Below are positions 27,810 to 32,000 of a stretch of 32,000 nt of DNA, in pieces. Positions within the stretch are counted from its first letter, which is position 1. Each line of letters starts with the position of its first letter. The notes under the pieces are model-generated. The model was given only the letters and a program-made list of their open reading frames with translations. It made no database searches and was not told the DNA's origin. The stretch covers positions 2,880,001 through 2,912,000 of the forward strand of contig NC_002939.5 in the NCBI RefSeq assembly GCF_000007985.2, written 5' to 3'. Source of the stretch: Geobacter sulfurreducens PCA. GTDB lineage: Bacteria; Desulfobacterota; Desulfuromonadia; Geobacterales; Geobacteraceae. The position numbers and the translations under genes were made by a program.

Positions 27810-28796
27810 TTAGCTGATCTTCAGCACGATCTTCCCGAAGTGCTTGTCTTCTTCCATCATCCGGTGGGCTTCAACCACCTGATCCATGGGGAAGACCTTC
27901 TCGATGATCGGCACGATGGTCCGGTCGGCGAACTTCGGCAGCGCCGTCCTGGTGAACTCGGCCACGATCTCCCCCTTGTCCTTAACGGGGCGAGAGCGGA
28001 GCACGGAGCCGATGATTTGTTGCCGCTTCACCATCATCAGGGCCAGGTTGAGCTCAGCCTTGATGCCGCTGATGACGCCAATGATGACGAGCCGCCCGGC
28101 GTAGGCCAGTGAATTCATGTTGGGGGCCAGGTACTTGGCGCCCACGTGATCGAGGATCACGTCGACCCCCTTCTTGTTGGTGAACTCCTTCACCGCCTCG
28201 GAGAAGTCGGGAGTCTGGGTGAAGTCGACGACCAGATCAGCCCCCAGGGCCTTGACCCGGTCGATCTTTGACGGATGGGCGGTAGCGACGATCTTCGTGT
28301 TGGGAACCAGGGCCTTGCAGAGCTGGATGCCGGCAGTGTTCACCCCGCCGCCGCCGCCGTGGAGGATGACGCTGTTATTGTCCTTGAGCCCGCCGATCAT
28401 GAAGACGTTCAGGAATGCCGTAATGTAGGACTCGCAGACGCAGGCCGCCTCTTCGAAGCTCATGCTTTCGGGAATCCGCATGAGGTGGCTCGCGTAGGCC
28501 ACCGCGTACTCCGCGTAGCCGCCCCCTCCGACCAGGGACATGACCCGGTCGCCCACCTGCCAGCCGGTGACGCCCGGACCCAGTTCCTCGATGGTGCCCG
28601 AAACTTCCAGGCCGAGAATTTCCGAATCACCCGGCGGAGGCGGATACTTTCCCTCCCGCTGAACGAGGTCGGGACGATTGACGGAGGTGGCCACCACTTT
28701 GACGAGCACCTGCCCTTCCGCCGGTTTCGGCCTCTCCGCCTCCCCTACCTTGAGAACATCAAGCCCGCCGAAGCCGTCGAGCAGTACTGCTTTCAT
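27810..28796 (-). CDS. qor: NADPH:quinone oxidoreductase / zeta-crystallin-type medium-chain dehydrogenase
   Basis: 328 aa with MKAVLLDGFGGLDVLKVGEAERPKP...VKVVATSVNRPDL, the nucleotide-binding motif ILHGGGGGV, and a C-terminal HFGKIVLK. Confidence 0.85.
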   Translation of the reverse strand: MKAVLLDGFGGLDVLKVGEAERPKPAEGQVLVKVVATSVNRPDLVQREGKYPPPPGDSEILGLEVSGTIEELGPGVTGWQVGDRVMSLVGGGGYAEYAVAYASHLMRIPESMSFEEAACVCESYITAFLNVFMIGGLKDNNSVILHGGGGGVNTAGIQLCKALVPNTKIVATAHPSKIDRVKALGADLVVDFTQTPDFSEAVKEFTNKKGVDVILDHVGAKYLAPNMNSLAYAGRLVIIGVISGIKAELNLALMMVKRQQIIGSVLRSRPVKDKGEIVAEFTRTALPKFADRTIVPIIEKVFPMDQVVEAHRMMEEDKHFGKIVLKIS

Positions 28797-28840
28797 AGCT
28801 GTTCCTCCTTGAGTGGAAAAGTCACGGAATCAATCCCGAC

Positions 28841-28869
28841 ACTCTAGCCAACAAACAGCGTTCTGTAAA
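28841..28869 (-). promoter_or_regulatory. Candidate sigma70 promoter of qor (TTTACA-17 nt-TAGAGT)
   Basis: The minus strand reads TTTACAgaacgctgtttgttggcTAGAGT. It lies 45 nt upstream of the ATG at 28796. Confidence 0.5.
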
Positions 28870-28870
28870 C

Positions 28871-28907
28871 ACAAAATCCAGAGGAAAGCCCGTGTCCGCC
28901 GCTTTCC
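28871..28907 (-). terminator. Probable terminator after the DUF456 gene
   Basis: The minus strand reads GGAAAGC-(11-nt loop)-GCTTTCC followed by TCTGGATTTTGTGTTT. Confidence 0.5.
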
Positions 28908-28909
28908 CG

Positions 28910-29389
28910 TCAGAAGAGATATGCCGCAAGGAAAAACGCCACCATGGCCAGGGCCAGTGCGACCTTCAGCACCGTTCCGATCACGAATCCCTGCCAGGCC
29001 CCGAAACCGGCACGGCCGGCACGCTCCAGGTCGCCCCGGGCCAGCAGCTCACCCAGGGACGCCCCCAGAAACGGGCCGGCCACAAGCCCCGGCAGGCCGA
29101 AAAAAACTCCGACCACGGCACCGATGGATGCGCCAATCACGGCGTGGCGGCTGGCACCGTACCGCCGGGCGCCCTTGCCGCTCGCGTAGGGATCAATGGC
29201 GAACGACGCAACCGTGAGGAGCCCCAGGACCAGAAGCGGCAGCCACCCGACCCGGCTGAAACCGTCGATCCAGGCGGCAAGGACCAGCCCGCCGAAAACA
29301 AGGGGAATGCCCGGCAGTGCCGGCAGAAGCGTCCCGGCAATACCGATCAGGATGAGGACAGCGGCGAGAAGCCAGAGGGCGGTGGTCAC
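28910..29389 (-). CDS. DUF456-family small integral membrane protein
   Basis: 159 aa with four hydrophobic helices and LPALPGIPLVFGG...ARRYGAS...GLPGL..GPFLGA motifs typical of DUF456. GTG start with AGGGGA upstream, 6 nt after the stop of the coiled-coil gene. Confidence 0.75.
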   Translation of the reverse strand: MTTALWLLAAVLILIGIAGTLLPALPGIPLVFGGLVLAAWIDGFSRVGWLPLLVLGLLTVASFAIDPYASGKGARRYGASRHAVIGASIGAVVGVFFGLPGLVAGPFLGASLGELLARGDLERAGRAGFGAWQGFVIGTVLKVALALAMVAFFLAAYLF

Positions 29390-29395
29390 GGCCCG

Positions 29396-31495
29396 TTATC
29401 CCCTGCGGCAGAGGACCGGCACCGCGGCAAGTGCCTTGCCCCGCTTGACGGGATCATCGGGGAGCCGCAGCCTGTCCATCATGAACCCAACGGTTTCTAC
29501 GAAGGCGAAGGCATCACGCACCACCCCGGTACTGTCGGCCTCCCCGGAGGGAGGATGCTCGGGGACGTAGACCAGGGTCTTGCGGTCGGCGGTCAGACTC
29601 CAGGCCACGTAGACCCGGACGGTTTCCCGCCGTTTCAGGACGCAGATGTACGCACCGCAGGTCTGGGGCACATGCCCCGGCGGCGACACGTTCACGTAGT
29701 TGAGGGGCTGGTGGAGTTCAATCACATCGGCGGGATCGTGGTATTCAACGCAGGACAGGGACGGATCGAGGCGGAAGGCCCCCCCGCCGGACGAGCCGGA
29801 ATCAGCCCCATCCCCGAAGGAAAAGTCGTCTGATGCATTTTCTTCGCCGGCGAGCAACTCGTCGACCGTGGCAGCCACGCCGGCACTCCAGCCGGATTCG
29901 GAAGGCGCGGTGGACGCCCTGTCCGCCCCGGCGTCGGAGGAGACGGACGGAGGCAAAACCGGCTGCGGCGGCAACTCCGCCGGTCGGGGAGCAGTCTCGC
30001 GACGTACGGGACGGACCGGTTCCCGCGCCGCGCCAAGACGTTCCACCTCTGCCTGCAGCGCGGCGATTCTCGCGGCGGCAGTCTGCTCGGCCAGCGCCTT
30101 GGCGGAGGCAAGCCGCTCCAGCTCGGCGCGGAGCGTTGCCGTTTCCGCCCCTGCTGCCGCCAGCGCCTCCTCGGCGCCTCCCTCACCGGTGCGGAGCACC
30201 AGGCGGCGAACCGCGTCCCGCTCGGCCGCAACCACCGTCTCTTCGGCGACCAGCGCAGCCAGCCGCGCCACAGCATCTTTCCGTTCCGCTTCCCGCTCAC
30301 GGGCCTGCTGCCGGAGCGATTCCTCCAGCGATTCGATATCGCGGGCGGCAACGGCGCCGGCGGCTTCGCGTTCCTCTTCCCCGCGCCGGACCGCCTGTTC
30401 CAGCTCCCGGACCCGCTCGGACCCGAGCCGCTCAGCCTCTTCCTTCTCCCGTGCCATGCGGGCGATATCGCGCGCCAGGGTCTCCTGCCGCTCTTCGGAA
30501 GCCTTTCTGACCTCTTCCCATTCGGCCGACAAACGCGCCAACCGGTCGCGAAGCTCGGATTCGGCGCTCTCGGCCGAGGACTCGGCCCGTTCCCGTTCCG
30601 CCGTCAACCGGCTGAGCTCCGCGGTGAGTTCCGCCACCTCGGTCGACTCGCCGGAACCGAGTCGCGCCAGCTCCGCGCCGAGTTGATCGATGTCCGCCTT
30701 CAGGCGAGCCACCTCGGCATCATGGGCGGCGGTCCGTTTGGCCAACTCCTGTTCGTCTTCCGCCTTTCGGCGCTCCAGTTGCGCGATCTCGGCTTCGAGT
30801 GACTTTTCCTTCCCGGCAAGGGCCCGCCGGATTTCCTCACGTTCGCGGCCAAGTTCGGCTATGCGGGCGTTGAGTTCCTCCAGCCGGGCGTTCCCCTCGC
30901 GCTCCAAGGCTGTGTTTTCAGCCTCCATTCGACGCGCCTCGGCCTCTAGAGCCTTCGTATCGACAGCAGGTGTTTTTTTCGGCATGGGCTCTGCGGGTTG
31001 AGGCGAGGGGGGAGAAGGAGCCCGCGGGGGCTCCGGAGCGGGCTTGGCTTCTTTCTCCTGGCGCTTGGCGGCGGGACGCTTTGCCGCCGGATCCACGACC
31101 CCGGTCATGGGAGGCGCCGCGGGGCGGCGAATCACCCGGACTTCCCGGATGACCACCTCGCGCATGGCTTTACTGTAGCGGAGGTTGACCTCCTGCATGG
31201 CAAAGCCGAGGGATTCGGCAAAGGCAATGGCTTCAGCCACGAGGACATCGTGTGACTCCCCGTCGACCAGCTCGCGGTCGGAGCGATACAAGGCGACGCA
31301 GCGGCGGTCCGTCTGCTCGAGGGCCACGTGGACCCGGGCACGCTCACCCTCGCGGATGGCGCAGACAAAGGCCTGGCACGGAGAAGGAGGTCTATCGCCG
31401 CATGCGACGGTGACCGGCTCCACCGAGCGGTGAATCTCCATGACGTCTGACTCGTCGGCTTCTATGACGGTTCGTGCAGGATCGGGAACAAACAT
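29396..31495 (-). CDS. 699-aa cytoplasmic coiled-coil protein with homologous N- and C-terminal globular domains
   Basis: The central ~330 aa is an A/E/R/L-rich heptad-like sequence (ALEAEARRMEAENTALEREGNARLEELNARIAELGREREE...), flanked by Pro-rich linkers. The terminal ~100-aa domains align with each other (see finding). No TM helix or signal peptide. Confidence 0.75.
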   Translation of the reverse strand: MFVPDPARTVIEADESDVMEIHRSVEPVTVACGDRPPSPCQAFVCAIREGERARVHVALEQTDRRCVALYRSDRELVDGESHDVLVAEAIAFAESLGFAMQEVNLRYSKAMREVVIREVRVIRRPAAPPMTGVVDPAAKRPAAKRQEKEAKPAPEPPRAPSPPSPQPAEPMPKKTPAVDTKALEAEARRMEAENTALEREGNARLEELNARIAELGREREEIRRALAGKEKSLEAEIAQLERRKAEDEQELAKRTAAHDAEVARLKADIDQLGAELARLGSGESTEVAELTAELSRLTAERERAESSAESAESELRDRLARLSAEWEEVRKASEERQETLARDIARMAREKEEAERLGSERVRELEQAVRRGEEEREAAGAVAARDIESLEESLRQQAREREAERKDAVARLAALVAEETVVAAERDAVRRLVLRTGEGGAEEALAAAGAETATLRAELERLASAKALAEQTAAARIAALQAEVERLGAAREPVRPVRRETAPRPAELPPQPVLPPSVSSDAGADRASTAPSESGWSAGVAATVDELLAGEENASDDFSFGDGADSGSSGGGAFRLDPSLSCVEYHDPADVIELHQPLNYVNVSPPGHVPQTCGAYICVLKRRETVRVYVAWSLTADRKTLVYVPEHPPSGEADSTGVVRDAFAFVETVGFMMDRLRLPDDPVKRGKALAAVPVLCRRG

Positions 31496-31580
31496 GAGCT
31501 ACACTCTACCCCATTTTGGGCGGAAGGCAAACCGGATCCCCCGTGCGGGAAACAATGACACATTGACGGTCAAACGACGT

Positions 31581-31614
31581 CGGGCCGCGCACTGATCAAC
31601 AGTGGAGCGGCCCG
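31581..31614 (-). terminator. Stem-loop downstream of the partial gene (possible terminator)
   Basis: CGGGCCGC-g-CACTG-atcaa-CAGTG-ga-GCGGCCCG, 13 paired positions. The minus-strand tail ACGTCGTTTG is a weak U-tract. Confidence 0.4.
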
Positions 31615-31652
31615 GGGCGACTGGGAGGATCATGGCCGGGACGGCTTACCGG

Positions 31653-32000
31653 TCAGGGAATTTCGACCGTCAGGTGGTCGCCGGGCCCGACCTTGAGCTT
31701 CTTTTCGATGGCCCTGCAGAGGATGATTTTGCCATCGTAGGCCGCATCGTTCTCATTGACCACCATGAAGGGGAAGATCGCCGAGATGCCGCTGGCGGTG
31801 CTGGTGAGCTTAAGCTTCTTGACCGCGCCCGCTTTGTAGAAGTTGCTGATCTGCTGGGCTGTGGTCTGGTTGAGAGCTCCCATGCCCAACTGCTCGAAGG
31901 AGCTCCCCACCGTGGAGTCGGCAATGTGGCAGGCCGGCAGGGTCAGAACGCCGTCGACGGCCTTGGCCGCGGATGCCTGCACGGACGCCGGTGCCGCGAA
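31653..32000 (-). CDS. Hypothetical, probably secreted protein, C-terminal part (start probably beyond the right edge)
   Basis: The reading frame stays open to position 32000 (…FAAPASVQASAAKAVDG…), which looks like the end of a signal peptide. The rest is GC3-rich. I could not name a motif with confidence. Confidence 0.5.
   Translation of the reverse strand, partial: FAAPASVQASAAKAVDGVLTLPACHIADSTVGSSFEQLGMGALNQTTAQQISNFYKAGAVKKLKLTSTASGISAIFPFMVVNENDAAYDGKIILCRAIEKKLKVGPGDHLTVEIP

Noticed and set aside
28892-30686. Plus-strand ORFs (313, 328 and 225 aa) antisense to DUF456 and the coiled-coil gene
   Set aside because: They are Arg/Pro/Ser/Ala low-complexity translations of the reverse strand of an Ala/Glu/Arg-rich gene, with no start context or motifs.

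Overview
This is a high-GC chromosomal segment with about 30 protein-coding genes. I found no rRNA, tRNA, CRISPR array, transposase, integrase or phage genes. Gene content and order suggest a Geobacter/Desulfuromonadales-type deltaproteobacterium; that is an inference, not a database hit.

Layout:
- Left 12.4 kb, all on the minus strand: a LysM protein (partial), a pseudo-receiver membrane protein, rubrerythrin, a CDF transporter and recJ. These are followed by the conserved string spoIID-like, queA, tgt, yajC, secD, secF and a TPR protein.
- A 434-bp divergent intergenic region (12449-12882) separates this block from a plus-strand signalling block. That block holds a heme-motif/HAMP/GAF/HD-GYP sensor, two Dpp/Opp-type ABC ATPases with no permease or binding protein nearby, arsR and rlmI.
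- Next come bioF-bioH-bioC (minus strand), whose promoter region carries a BirA-type operator.
- A plus-strand metallophosphoesterase, yjbQ, GGDEF string follows, then a glycine-zipper lipoprotein.
- The right end is on the minus strand: a small hypothetical gene, hemerythrin, a GH13 enzyme, quinone oxidoreductase, DUF456, a 699-aa coiled-coil protein, and a partial secreted protein.

Most of the window is ordinary core genome and I see no obvious defence or mobile system. The items worth a second look are:
1. Four correctly oriented sigma54-type -24/-12 elements in intergenic DNA.
2. Unexplained structure in the 434-bp intergenic region: a terminator-like hairpin or possible enhancer-binding site, a 10-bp palindrome, and TTGAC x3 at 26-bp phasing.
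3. The HD-GYP sensor plus the orphan ATPase pair.
4. The coiled-coil protein whose N- and C-terminal domains are copies of each other, translationally coupled to DUF456.
5. A BirA-like bio operator and an ArsR promoter/operator.

All functional calls rest on motif recognition by eye. No HMM or BLAST search was run.
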